The notes beneath the pieces are model-generated. The model made no database searches and had not been told where the DNA came from. It saw nothing but the letters and a program-made list of their open reading frames with translations. Position numbers and translations under genes: made by a program. Source: Gaiellaceae bacterium (GTDB taxonomy: Bacteria; Actinomycetota; Thermoleophilia; Gaiellales; Gaiellaceae). Taken from it: a stretch of 64,000 nt of DNA. Location: positions 48,315 to 112,314 of the forward strand of contig JBMDXR010000077.1 of NCBI GenBank assembly GCA_048594925.1, given 5' to 3'. This document shows, piece by piece, positions 44,574-53,395 of the stretch; position 1 is the first letter of the stretch, and every line of letters begins with the position of its first letter.

Positions 44574-45739
44574 GCCGTCGGCCAGGGGTGCTCGCGCAGG
44601 ACGTCCTCGTTCAGCTCGACGCCCCAACCCGGTCCAGCGGGGACGCGCAGCTCGCCTGCGGAGATCTGCGGTAGCGCGGTGACGAGCTCGTCGCGCCAGG
44701 GCACGTCGTCGACGTCGTACTCGAGAAAGCGCGCGTTCGGGATCGCCGCGCACCACTGGGCCCCGATGAACGTGGCCAGGTGGCTGTAGTAGTTGTGCGG
44801 AGCGCAGTTCACCTCGTAGGTCTCCGCGAGGTCGGCGATCTTCTTCGCCTGGTGGAAGCCGTTCCAGATCACGTCCACCGAGGCCACGTCCATGCCGGCC
44901 GCCTCGAAGAAGGGGCGGAAGTCGCGGCTCGAGTACAGGTTCTCGCCTGAGCAGATCGGCATCGGTGCGACGTGGCGAACGTGCGCGAGCGCACCGGCGT
45001 CGAAGAGGTCGACCTCGAGCCAGAGGAGATCGAACGGCTCGAGCGCCTTCGCGACGCGCACGCACCCCTCGGGCTCGAGGTTGAAGTTGAGGTCGACGAT
45101 CGGCCGTGCGGCGCCCCGCGCGCCTTCGGCGAACGCCTCGAGGAGCCGCACGAGCGCGTCGGTGATCTCCTCCGTCCGGAGCGTGCCGCCGCCCTCGTTG
45201 AACCCGGGCATGAGTACCCTCGGCTCGTCCCCCGGCACGACGACGTTGGTCTTGAACGCGCCGTAGCCCTGCTCGACCACCTCACGCCCGAGCGCGGCGA
45301 CGTCGTCGTACGAGGCGAGCTTAGGCGTACCAGTGACCTCGAACGCGCGCGCGCGCGTCGTGCCGCAGTGCGACCAGTACATCGGGATCGCCTCACGGGT
45401 CGGCCCGCCGAACAGCTCGTACACCGGCACCCCGAGAGCCTTCGCCTTGACGTCGAGCAGCGCGTTCTCGATGCCCGCGAGGGCCTTGGCGATGACCGAG
45501 CCCGGGCTCTGCCGGGTGGCCCGGTAGAGATCCCAGAAGATCGCCTCGACCGGTCGTGGGTCACGACCGACGACAAGCGGTGCGAGATCCTCCACGATGC
45601 CCGCGAGCCCACGGGGCGACCCGTGCGAGTCCGTGATCTCGGCCCAGCCGACGAGGCCGTCGTCGGTCGCGGCCTTCACGAAGATCCACGGCCGCCAGCC
45701 GGCGTCGCAGTAGAGCGTCTCGAGGGCGGCAAGCTTCAC
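44570..45739 (-). CDS. enolase-superfamily (mandelate racemase/muconate lactonizing enzyme family) putative acid-sugar dehydratase
   Basis: GTG 45739 lies in a GTGA overlap. Motifs are WIFVKAATDDGLVGWAEI and KAKALGVPVYELFGG, and the layout is a TIM barrel. The ORF-track N-terminus is a run-through. Confidence 0.85.
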   Translation of the reverse strand: MKLAALETLYCDAGWRPWIFVKAATDDGLVGWAEITDSHGSPRGLAGIVEDLAPLVVGRDPRPVEAIFWDLYRATRQSPGSVIAKALAGIENALLDVKAKALGVPVYELFGGPTREAIPMYWSHCGTTRARAFEVTGTPKLASYDDVAALGREVVEQGYGAFKTNVVVPGDEPRVLMPGFNEGGGTLRTEEITDALVRLLEAFAEGARGAARPIVDLNFNLEPEGCVRVAKALEPFDLLWLEVDLFDAGALAHVRHVAPMPICSGENLYSSRDFRPFFEAAGMDVASVDVIWNGFHQAKKIADLAETYEVNCAPHNYYSHLATFIGAQWCAAIPNARFLEYDVDDVPWRDELVTALPQISAGELRVPAGPGWGVELNEDVLREHPWPTA

Positions 45740-46491
45740 GAGGCGGGAGCATACGGCGGTCGTCCGACCTCCGGCAGCACCCCCTCGCCGCTCGCGACGA
45801 GACGCTCCGCCCGCGCCCAGTCCTCCTCGTCGTCGACGTTGAATCCCTCGAGGCCCTGCGTGAGGAAGGGCCCGACGACGTTCCCCTCGCGCGTTCCCGT
45901 CTCCGTGACGACGCGCATCCACGCGATCTCGAGCGCGCTGTTCTGGACGTAGACCGGCGGCAGCGCCTGGTACTGGCCAGCGTGCCAGGTGACCTGCAGG
46001 TGCGACTGGTCGAGGAGCGGGCGCATCGTCAGCCCGTCTGCCGAGAGCAGCCACATCTTCCCCGGGTGTTGCTTCACCAACTCGACCGCGCGGAGCGAAT
46101 CCGCCTCGGGCGTCGCAAGCAGCTGGTCGAAGCCTCGCCTGATCACGCCAGGACCACGGAAAGGGTTGGTGGCCCGGATGAGCGCGAACAGCTCGTACCG
46201 CTCCGGCAGATGCTCGACGGTGTATGCGAGCCACTCGATGTCCGGCGAGGTCGACGTCGCAAACTCGGCCGGCCGGAGAAACGGGACGTCCGCGCCGTAC
46301 CAGCGAGCGACCTCTGCGATCTCCTCGGAGTCGGTCGAGACGACCACGCGCTCGAAGCAGCCACTCTGTCGCGCTGCCTCGATGGCGTATGCCAGCAGCG
46401 GATGGCCTGCGAGCGGGCGCACGTTCTTGTGCGGAACCCGCTCCGACCCGGAGCGCGCCGGGACGAAGCCGACCGCAGAGGGCCCGGTCAC
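45736..46491 (-). CDS. acylneuraminate cytidylyltransferase-family (CTP_transf_3) CMP-sugar synthetase
   Basis: GTG 46491 lies in a GTGA overlap. Motifs are VPARSGSERVPHKNVRPLAGHPLLAYAI and VVVSTDSEEIAEVARWYGADVPFLRP. Confidence 0.85.
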   Translation of the reverse strand: MTGPSAVGFVPARSGSERVPHKNVRPLAGHPLLAYAIEAARQSGCFERVVVSTDSEEIAEVARWYGADVPFLRPAEFATSTSPDIEWLAYTVEHLPERYELFALIRATNPFRGPGVIRRGFDQLLATPEADSLRAVELVKQHPGKMWLLSADGLTMRPLLDQSHLQVTWHAGQYQALPPVYVQNSALEIAWMRVVTETGTREGNVVGPFLTQGLEGFNVDDEEDWARAERLVASGEGVLPEVGRPPYAPAS

Positions 46492-47378
46492 TGGAGCCCG
46501 GCGGCGACCGCGAGCTCGGTCAGCGCTGGGCAGGGAACTCCGGCCCGCTCCGCGACTCGCAGGACCCCGCCGACGATCGCGTCGAGCTCCGAGCGTCGCC
46601 CGGCAACGACGTCCCTCGCCGCCGACGTGGTCGTCTCGTCGGCCATCTGGTCGATGATCGCCCACTGCGCCGCAGGGCGCAGCGGAACGCCGTCGGCTTC
46701 CGCAACGGCGCAGGCCTCGGCGATCGCGCTGTCGAGCCGGGGGCGCCAGGTCCGGTCGTTGCGCAACTCGCCGACCGTCCGCCCGGAGGCAGACGTCGCC
46801 GCGGCGAGTGGGGCGATCCGCGCGAGCTTGTGCCAGAGCACCCGGCGCTCGTTCTGGCCGATGCGAACGTCGATCCTCGCACGTCGCAGGAGGTCGGCCG
46901 CGTGCTCGACCTCGGTGCGGGAGAGCGTCTCCGATGCGATCGTGATCACTGGAGCGGTCGTCGCCTCGACGATCTGGACGCGCCCGGCACGATAGGCCTG
47001 GAAGTGGGAGATGCTTCCGGCGGCCACGCGACCGTCGAAGCGTACCCTCAGGGCGTCCATGTGCTCGAGGCCGTTCAGGAGCGGGACGACGACACCGTCG
47101 GCCACCGCCTCCGGGGTCACGCGCTCCATCGCGTCCGCCAGCGCGGGCGCCTTCACCGTCACGAGGAGGAGGTCGACCGGTCTGGCGAGCCGCTCGGCGA
47201 CCTCAACCCGAGCCGTGAGCGTCCCCTCCTTCGACTCGACGACCAGCCCCGCGAGCGCGATGAGCCCGGCCGCCTCCGGGTGCGCGACGCAGACGACGCG
47301 CACGCCTGCGTTCGAGAGCCGGACGGCGAGCGTTCCGCCGACCGCGCCGGGGCCGAGGACTGCGACGGTGTCGTTCAT
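46488..47378 (-). CDS. ketopantoate reductase (ApbA/PanE)-family oxidoreductase
   Basis: ATG 47378 lies in an ATGA overlap. The VAVLGPGAVGGTLAVRL Rossmann motif is present and the 296-aa length is typical of the family. Confidence 0.75.
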   Translation of the reverse strand: MNDTVAVLGPGAVGGTLAVRLSNAGVRVVCVAHPEAAGLIALAGLVVESKEGTLTARVEVAERLARPVDLLLVTVKAPALADAMERVTPEAVADGVVVPLLNGLEHMDALRVRFDGRVAAGSISHFQAYRAGRVQIVEATTAPVITIASETLSRTEVEHAADLLRRARIDVRIGQNERRVLWHKLARIAPLAAATSASGRTVGELRNDRTWRPRLDSAIAEACAVAEADGVPLRPAAQWAIIDQMADETTTSAARDVVAGRRSELDAIVGGVLRVAERAGVPCPALTELAVAAGLQ

Positions 47379-48802
47379 GTCTTCGTGGGATCGACGACGA
47401 GGTTGACGACCTTCTGATCGGAGTACACGTCGAGGGACTCGATCCCTGCCTCCCTCCAGCCGGTTCCCGAGTCCTTGACACCGCCGAAGCCCATGTGCGG
47501 CTCGGAGCCGTGCGTGCCGGCGTTCACGACCACGACACCAGCGTGCACTCGCTCGGCGAAGTGCATGGCCCGATGCACGCTCCCGGTGTGAATCGCGGCC
47601 GTGAGACCGTACGGCGAGTCGTTCACGAGCGCGATCGCATCGTCGAGGCCCGCGGTGCGATAGAGCACCGTCACGGGCCCGAACAGCTCGCTGCGTGAGA
47701 TCTCGTCCTCGGCTGGAGTTCCCTCGAGGACGGTCGGCGCCACGTGCCAGCCGGGACGCTCGAGCCGCTCACCTCCGGTGAGCACCGTCGCTCCACGCGC
47801 CCTTGCGTCAGCGACGGCGGCGAGGATCCGCTCCATGCTCTCGCGGCTGATGACCGGCTGCGATTCGACCTCGCCTGCCGCCTCGACGAGGCGCGCGCGG
47901 AAGTCGTCGTAGACCGCGTCCGCTGCGACGATCCTGCTTGCGGACGCGCATCGCTGCCCCGCGTTGGAGAAGGCGGACGCGAGCGCCCAGTGCACGGCAC
48001 GATCGAGGTCCGCGTCGTCACATACGACCAGCGCGTTCTTGCCGCCGAGCTCGAGGCAGGTCTTCGCGAGTCGCCGAGCCGCCACCTCGTTGATCGCGCG
48101 TCCGGTCGCGGCCGAGCCCGTGAAGCTGACGAGATCGACGTCGGCATGCCCGACGAGCGCTGCTCCCGCCTCGCCCCCCAGCCCGTGAACGACGTTGAGC
48201 ACTCCCGCGGGAACGCCCGCCGCGAGCGCGAGCTCGGCAAAGAACGACGCTGAGACGGGCACGTGCTCGGACGGCTTCACCACCGCCGCGTTCCCGCAGA
48301 AGATCGCCGGGAACGCCTTCCAGGCGATGTTGGGAAGCGGCGTGTTGAAGCTCATGATCAGGGCCGCGACGCCAAGTGGCTGACGCAGCGTGAGGACCGT
48401 CCGGTGCGCCATGCTCGCCGTCGTCGTCCGCCCGTATGAGCGCCGGCCCTCGCCAGCGATGAACAGGCCCATCTCGACGGCCGCGTCGGTCTCGCCGAGA
48501 GCGAGCTCCAGCGACTTGCCCGTCTCCTCGACCACGATCGCCGATGCCTCCTCTCGTCGCTCGCGCAGGAGCAGCGCAAGGTCACGGACGACGTCGCCCC
48601 GCGAGACCGCGGTCCGCTCGGCCCACTCGGGCTGCGCCGACCGTGCAGCTGCGACCGCCCCAGCGACATCTTCCGCTCCCGAGCGGGCGATCATGCACAG
48701 GAGCGTCTCGTCGGCTGGCCGAAGCTTCTCGAGCCACGCCCCGGAGTGCGGCGGAGCCGCCGTGCCGCCTATGAGGTTGGGAACCTCCTCGGGTGTCACC
48801 AC
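47375..48802 (-). CDS. NAD(P)-dependent aldehyde dehydrogenase
   Basis: The start is GTG 48802 or 48799. Motifs: FTGSAATGRAI, ELGGKNALVV (catalytic Glu) and NAGQRCASASR (catalytic Cys). Confidence 0.9.
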   Translation of the reverse strand: MVTPEEVPNLIGGTAAPPHSGAWLEKLRPADETLLCMIARSGAEDVAGAVAAARSAQPEWAERTAVSRGDVVRDLALLLRERREEASAIVVEETGKSLELALGETDAAVEMGLFIAGEGRRSYGRTTTASMAHRTVLTLRQPLGVAALIMSFNTPLPNIAWKAFPAIFCGNAAVVKPSEHVPVSASFFAELALAAGVPAGVLNVVHGLGGEAGAALVGHADVDLVSFTGSAATGRAINEVAARRLAKTCLELGGKNALVVCDDADLDRAVHWALASAFSNAGQRCASASRIVAADAVYDDFRARLVEAAGEVESQPVISRESMERILAAVADARARGATVLTGGERLERPGWHVAPTVLEGTPAEDEISRSELFGPVTVLYRTAGLDDAIALVNDSPYGLTAAIHTGSVHRAMHFAERVHAGVVVVNAGTHGSEPHMGFGGVKDSGTGWREAGIESLDVYSDQKVVNLVVDPTKT

Positions 48803-49581
48803 GCGGACCAGCCGCCGTCGACGACGACGTTCGAGCCCGTGACGTACGACGAGGCGTCGGAGGCGAGGAAGACGACGGCGCCGAGCGCCTCGCGCGCGTC
48901 CAGCATTCGCCCCATCGGCGCCCGCGCCGCATACGCGTCGAGAAACTCCTGCGCCTGGTCGTTCCAGACGCCCGAGAGCGTGAGCGTGTTCACGCGAACT
49001 CCGGCTTTCGCCCAGTACGTCGCCAGATAGCGCGTGAGGTTGAGGACGGCAGACTTCGAGACCGAGTACGCGACGGGCTTCACGAAGGTCTCGCCACGCT
49101 CGCGACGGAACGCGTAGAGATCCTGTACCGGGGACAGCAGGCCGTAGACGGACGAGATGTTCACGATCGAGCCACGGCCTGCCTTCGCCATCGCCCCGCC
49201 CACCGCCTGGCAGCAGAGGAACGTCCCCTTCACGTTGACGTCCATCACCTCGTCGAAGGACGCCTCGGGATACTCCTCGAACGGACCGACCTCCTCCGCG
49301 GGCGCATCAGGGGGTGAGTCGAGGCCGGCGTTGTTGATCAGCACGTGCGGAACGCCCCACTCCTGCACGACCTCCTCGAGTGCCCGCGCGACCGCGGTGC
49401 GGTCGGTGACGTCGACCTCGTAGGCACGGACGCCGTCGGGAAGGTCGCCCGACGCGACGTCGAAGCTCGCGACGCGCATGCCGCGCTCTGCGAGTCCGCC
49501 CGCGTACACCTGTCCCAGCTGGCCCATGGCGCCCGTGACGATCGCCACGCGACCGCTCAGATCGAACAGCGGATCGCTCAC
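48796..49581 (-). CDS. short-chain dehydrogenase/reductase (classical SDR)
   Basis: GTG 49581 lies in a GTGA overlap. Motifs: VAIVTGAMGQLG, NNAG and YSVSKSAV (YxxxK). Confidence 0.9.
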   Translation of the reverse strand: MSDPLFDLSGRVAIVTGAMGQLGQVYAGGLAERGMRVASFDVASGDLPDGVRAYEVDVTDRTAVARALEEVVQEWGVPHVLINNAGLDSPPDAPAEEVGPFEEYPEASFDEVMDVNVKGTFLCCQAVGGAMAKAGRGSIVNISSVYGLLSPVQDLYAFRRERGETFVKPVAYSVSKSAVLNLTRYLATYWAKAGVRVNTLTLSGVWNDQAQEFLDAYAARAPMGRMLDAREALGAVVFLASDASSYVTGSNVVVDGGWSAW

Positions 49582-50660
49582 GCTTCGCGAGCAGCGACCG
49601 CCTGTCCCGCGGGCACCAGGTCGTCGAGAGCGACGGCCTGCTCCGCGGCCAGCGGCCGTGCGAGCGTGCGCCCGAGCAAGCCGTCGAGCTCGTAGGGCGG
49701 CAGGCCGCCGTCCGCGGGTGACTTCGCGACCAGGTCCCCCGGAGCGAGGACGTGCCCGGCCCGAAGTTCTCGAGCCGCGACGAGCTGCTTGCCCATCTTC
49801 TGCAGCGGCCGCTCCTCGCTCGGCAGGCGGCGCTTGACGCCGTCACCGAGCGCTGCGGGCACGCGCTGGAGATCGCGGACGAAGCGTCGCATGCCGTCCG
49901 GCATCAGCGAGTAGGCGTGGTCCGTGCCCCTCCATGCGTGATTGAGCGTGAAGTGCTTCTCGAACACGCGCGCGCCGAGCATGAAAGCCACCGGCGCCAT
50001 CGCGATCCCGTTGTGGTGGTCGGAGAGACCGATGACGAGATCGGGATAGCGCTCTCGCAGCGTCGCGATGACCGAGAGGTTCAGATCCTCGACCTCGGCC
50101 GGGTACGAGGCGGTGCAGTGGAGGACCGCCAGCTGGGGGTTCGTCGATGCGGTCGCCTCAACGGCGCGGTCGATGTCCTCGATCGTCCCGCCGCCCGTGG
50201 AGAGGAACATGGGCTTGCCGAGCGCGGCGACGTACCGAAGAAACGGCACGTTCACGAGGTCACCGGACGCGAACTTGAACGCGTCGACGCCGAGCTCGGC
50301 GAGGAAGTCGGCGCTCGGCTCGTCGAAGGCCGCCGCGACGAAGGCGACGCCTTCCTCCCGCGCGTACTGGCTGAGCTCGAACCAGTCGGCCTTGGGCAGC
50401 TCGAGCGCCTCGCGATGCTCGCCGTACGTGGCGCCGAAGCTGTTCTCGTTGTCGTACGGCGAGTCGTAGAACGCGCGCGTGAAGAGCACGCGGTTGTCGC
50501 GCTTCTGGAACTTGACCGCGTCCACACCGCAGTCCCGCGCGGCGTGGATGAGCGCCTTCGCCTTCTCGACGTCGCCCTGATGGTTGTGCCCTATCTCCGC
50601 GATGACGTACGCCGCGCCGTCCCGCGTGATGGTCCTGCCGTCGACGACGAGCTCTGGCAC
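49578..50660 (-). CDS. NeuB-family 3-deoxy-2-ulosonic (sialic/Kdn-type) acid synthase with C-terminal SAF domain
   Basis: GTG 50660. Motifs: VIAEIGHNHQGD, AVKFQKR, SFGATYGEHREALEL, LHCTASYP and GLSDHHNG. The SAF-like tail is GKQLVAARELRAGHVLAPGDL. Confidence 0.9.
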   Translation of the reverse strand: MPELVVDGRTITRDGAAYVIAEIGHNHQGDVEKAKALIHAARDCGVDAVKFQKRDNRVLFTRAFYDSPYDNENSFGATYGEHREALELPKADWFELSQYAREEGVAFVAAAFDEPSADFLAELGVDAFKFASGDLVNVPFLRYVAALGKPMFLSTGGGTIEDIDRAVEATASTNPQLAVLHCTASYPAEVEDLNLSVIATLRERYPDLVIGLSDHHNGIAMAPVAFMLGARVFEKHFTLNHAWRGTDHAYSLMPDGMRRFVRDLQRVPAALGDGVKRRLPSEERPLQKMGKQLVAARELRAGHVLAPGDLVAKSPADGGLPPYELDGLLGRTLARPLAAEQAVALDDLVPAGQAVAAREA

Positions 50661-50672
50661 GTCGCGATGGTA

Positions 50673-52325
50673 CTAGCGAAGCCGGAACACGATCACGTCA
50701 CCGACCTGCTCGCGCTCCAGCGCGAGACCCCTGGTTGGCTTGACATCGGCACGCTCCCAGCTCGTGCCGGCCGCGAACTCCGGGTGCAAGAGAACCGTTC
50801 TGACGCCGACGTCGCGCAGCGCCCGCACGGACTGCTCGTCCGGGAATCCGGTGATGCTCCTGCGCAGGGCGTCGTAGCCCGAGGGATCGAAGCCCCCGAA
50901 GCCGTTCACGGTCGCGGGGAAGCCGTCCGTCGACCAGTAGCTGTACAGGGAGTCGTTCGTGGGAGGCAGGTGGAGCTGCGGTGCCGCCTCGAGGCGGACG
51001 GCCCCCGGTGGCTCGGGGACTCGGGGATGGGTGAGCGGGCCGAGCCCCTCTACGAGAACGACGACGACGCCGAGCACTCCCGCCGCCGCCGCGAGGCTCG
51101 CCGACCGCGCGCGAAGCGCGCGCACGACCACGCAGAGCCCTGCACCCGCGAGAAGCGCGAGACCGAGGGACGTGAGCGTGTTGATGCGACCCGGCGTTCG
51201 GACACCGTCCCAGCCGGGAGCGAAGTCGAAGAGCAGGCGGTACGGAGTCAGGTACCGCTCGAGTCCGTCGACGTCGCGAACTCCGAGGGACAAGAGCGCG
51301 CACACGACCACCCCGAGCGCGAGGCCGATCCGCAGGCGACGTGAGAACACGGATCCGAAGACGCCGACGAGAGCGAGAACGGAGATCGCGAGACCGGGGA
51401 AGAGCGACATCTCGACCGGCGCGGCGAGGGGAGCGCGGGCTCGGTGGGTGGCATCGCCCCAGATCCAACTCTCCTCCGGCGCGGCGAGGAAGCTCCGCGG
51501 CAGCCGCGGCGAGAACGACTCGACGTACGCAGGCGTCCGCTCGGCCTCCGGATGCTCGTCCAGCACCCGGAGGTACGGCCGCACCATCAACGCCGAGACC
51601 ACGACGAAGATCCCCACGCCGAGCGACGTCGCGACCAGGACGGGTCGATCCGGTCGCGCGAGCGACCGACGCCAGATGGCAAGGAGCGCGACGACGGCGA
51701 GTACGAGCAGGAGGTACGCGAGCAGCAGGCCGAGCGTGAAGCCGAGCGTCATCTGCCAGGCGGCGACGAGCCACCCGCAGACGACCGTGACCGGGCTCCG
51801 CCGTCGGTACCCGCGGACGAGCAGGAACAGCGCGAGCGGGATGCCTCCGCTGGAGAGGACGTGCAGGTGGCCGTTCTGCGTGAGCTTCCACGGCGCGTAG
51901 GCGAACGCCGCGCCGGCCGCAGCGGCGCCGATCCAGCCGACTCCGAGCTCCCGTGCCAGGAGGTAGGCGCCGACGAACGCCAGCCCGTATGCGAGCAGGA
52001 ACAGGACGTTGTAGGTGACGAGAGCGGCGTGGGGGCTCGCCTGCGCGAACAGCGCGGCCGGCGTGTACCCGACGAGCGCATCCGAGAATGCGAGCGTGTC
52101 CTCGTACGGCCAGAACGTGTTCGCCTGCCAGAGGTCGAGCGGCCCCTCGAGCAGCGCGTGCCCGATCCACGCCACCTGCCAGGCCTGCAGGAGGGGATCG
52201 CCGAGGTCCTTCCCGATGTCGCTCCCGAGATGGAGAACGAGCGGCCAGCTCATCAGCATCGCGAGCCCGAGCCCGGCGAGCGCCGTCACAGCCGCCTCCA
52301 GCCACGAGAGCTCGCGATCCACCAC
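50673..52325 (-). CDS. large polytopic membrane protein with C-terminal extracytoplasmic domain (GT-C-like, family unresolved)
   Basis: The start is GTG 52325 or 52322, with a 1-nt overlap with the upstream stop. The motif GDPLLQAWQVAWIGHAL lies in the first loop. There are about 11 helices and a roughly 130-aa C-terminal soluble domain. The 925-aa ORF-track product is a run-through. Confidence 0.6.
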   Translation of the reverse strand: MVDRELSWLEAAVTALAGLGLAMLMSWPLVLHLGSDIGKDLGDPLLQAWQVAWIGHALLEGPLDLWQANTFWPYEDTLAFSDALVGYTPAALFAQASPHAALVTYNVLFLLAYGLAFVGAYLLARELGVGWIGAAAAGAAFAYAPWKLTQNGHLHVLSSGGIPLALFLLVRGYRRRSPVTVVCGWLVAAWQMTLGFTLGLLLAYLLLVLAVVALLAIWRRSLARPDRPVLVATSLGVGIFVVVSALMVRPYLRVLDEHPEAERTPAYVESFSPRLPRSFLAAPEESWIWGDATHRARAPLAAPVEMSLFPGLAISVLALVGVFGSVFSRRLRIGLALGVVVCALLSLGVRDVDGLERYLTPYRLLFDFAPGWDGVRTPGRINTLTSLGLALLAGAGLCVVVRALRARSASLAAAAGVLGVVVVLVEGLGPLTHPRVPEPPGAVRLEAAPQLHLPPTNDSLYSYWSTDGFPATVNGFGGFDPSGYDALRRSITGFPDEQSVRALRDVGVRTVLLHPEFAAGTSWERADVKPTRGLALEREQVGDVIVFRLR

Positions 52326-53293
52326 TATGCGCGCTCGCCTGCGACGACGCGCCGCCGGAGCTGACGCGCGCCCCGCACGCCCAGCGCGACCCCGCCGACG
52401 AGGGTCGTCGGCACGTACCACGCCGCGTGCAGCAGGATCGTGAACGCCAGCGCGGGCTCGTGGCCGATGTCGAGCAGGCCGAGTGATGCCACCCCGAGCC
52501 ACTCGTAGGTCCCGACGTAGCCCGGCGACGAGGGGACCGCCGATCCGAGATTGAGGACCGCGGTCACGAACAGCGCCTCGGCGAACGAGAGCTCGATGCC
52601 GAGCGACCGGGCGACGAGAAACGCCGCCAGCGCCCACATCTCCCAGGCGCCGAGGCTCAGAACGAGCCAGACGACGAGATGCCGTCGCCCGAGCGGCTCG
52701 GCCAGGCGCTCGACCGTGTCGCGCACGAGCCGGCGGAGCAGTCCGCGCTCCCGGCGATGCCGCTCGCGCCGATCGATGTACGCCCGCGCGAACAGCAGGA
52801 CACCGACGACGCCGAGCAGCACCACCACGCCGGCCGCCGCCAGCTCCACGAGCCAGCCGGAGCTCGCGACGGCGGCGATGCCCACGATGAGCAGGGCGAC
52901 GAGCACGATGAGGTCGAAGGCGCGGTCGAGGATCACCGTCCCGAACGCCTTGCCGGCCGGCATGCGTGCCGCGAGCCCGAGCCAACGTGCGCGCAGGAAG
53001 TCGCCGATGCGGCCGGGGAGCACGTTGTTCACGGCGACCCCGCTCACCGTCATCTCGCAGAAGCGAGCCAGCTGCACGCCTGGGGTCGCCGCGATCCTGC
53101 GCCAGCGCACCGACTGGAAGACGTAGACGACGCCGAACGCGAGGATCGCGAGGGCCACCAGGCCGGGATCGGCGTCGCGAAGCGTGTCCCAGACCGCGTC
53201 GAGATCTGCGTTGCGAACTGCGAGCCAGAGGAAGACGAGCCCGATCGGGACTCCGAGCAGCGCAACGAGGGTGCGGAGACGCCCCGACGACAT
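52325..53293 (-). CDS. PF03706 (LPG-synthase-TM / UPF0104) flippase-like membrane protein
   Basis: ATG 53293. It has 8 hydrophobic helices and the motifs VLPGRIGDFLRARW and VPSSPGYVGTYEW, which are typical of this family. Confidence 0.75.
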   Translation of the reverse strand: MSSGRLRTLVALLGVPIGLVFLWLAVRNADLDAVWDTLRDADPGLVALAILAFGVVYVFQSVRWRRIAATPGVQLARFCEMTVSGVAVNNVLPGRIGDFLRARWLGLAARMPAGKAFGTVILDRAFDLIVLVALLIVGIAAVASSGWLVELAAAGVVVLLGVVGVLLFARAYIDRRERHRRERGLLRRLVRDTVERLAEPLGRRHLVVWLVLSLGAWEMWALAAFLVARSLGIELSFAEALFVTAVLNLGSAVPSSPGYVGTYEWLGVASLGLLDIGHEPALAFTILLHAAWYVPTTLVGGVALGVRGARQLRRRVVAGERA

Positions 53294-53395
53294 CGGGCGT
53301 CGAATCTACCCGTGCCCTCGGCGCAACCCTGCGCACGGATCGGTGAGAACCGCTCCCCTCGGGTCGCGACGGGCATCGCGGCCCCTCCTCCCTGA

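Noticed and set aside
53050-53376. ATG at 53376 with an excellent GGAGG Shine-Dalgarno sequence, in the 102-nt gap upstream of the PF03706 gene. It opens a 108-aa ORF.
   Set aside because: It is out of frame with the PF03706 gene (offset 83 nt) and overlaps it. The product is Ser/Arg-rich with no hydrophobic or recognisable motif. A very short leader peptide or an undetected frameshift cannot be excluded, but neither is supported.
53361-53384. Hairpin GGGTCGCGA-cgggca-TCGCGGCCC downstream of the GT4 stop at 53396.
   Set aside because: On the transcribed (minus) strand the stem has an internal A-C mismatch. No U-tract follows. It could equally be chance GC-rich self-complementarity.
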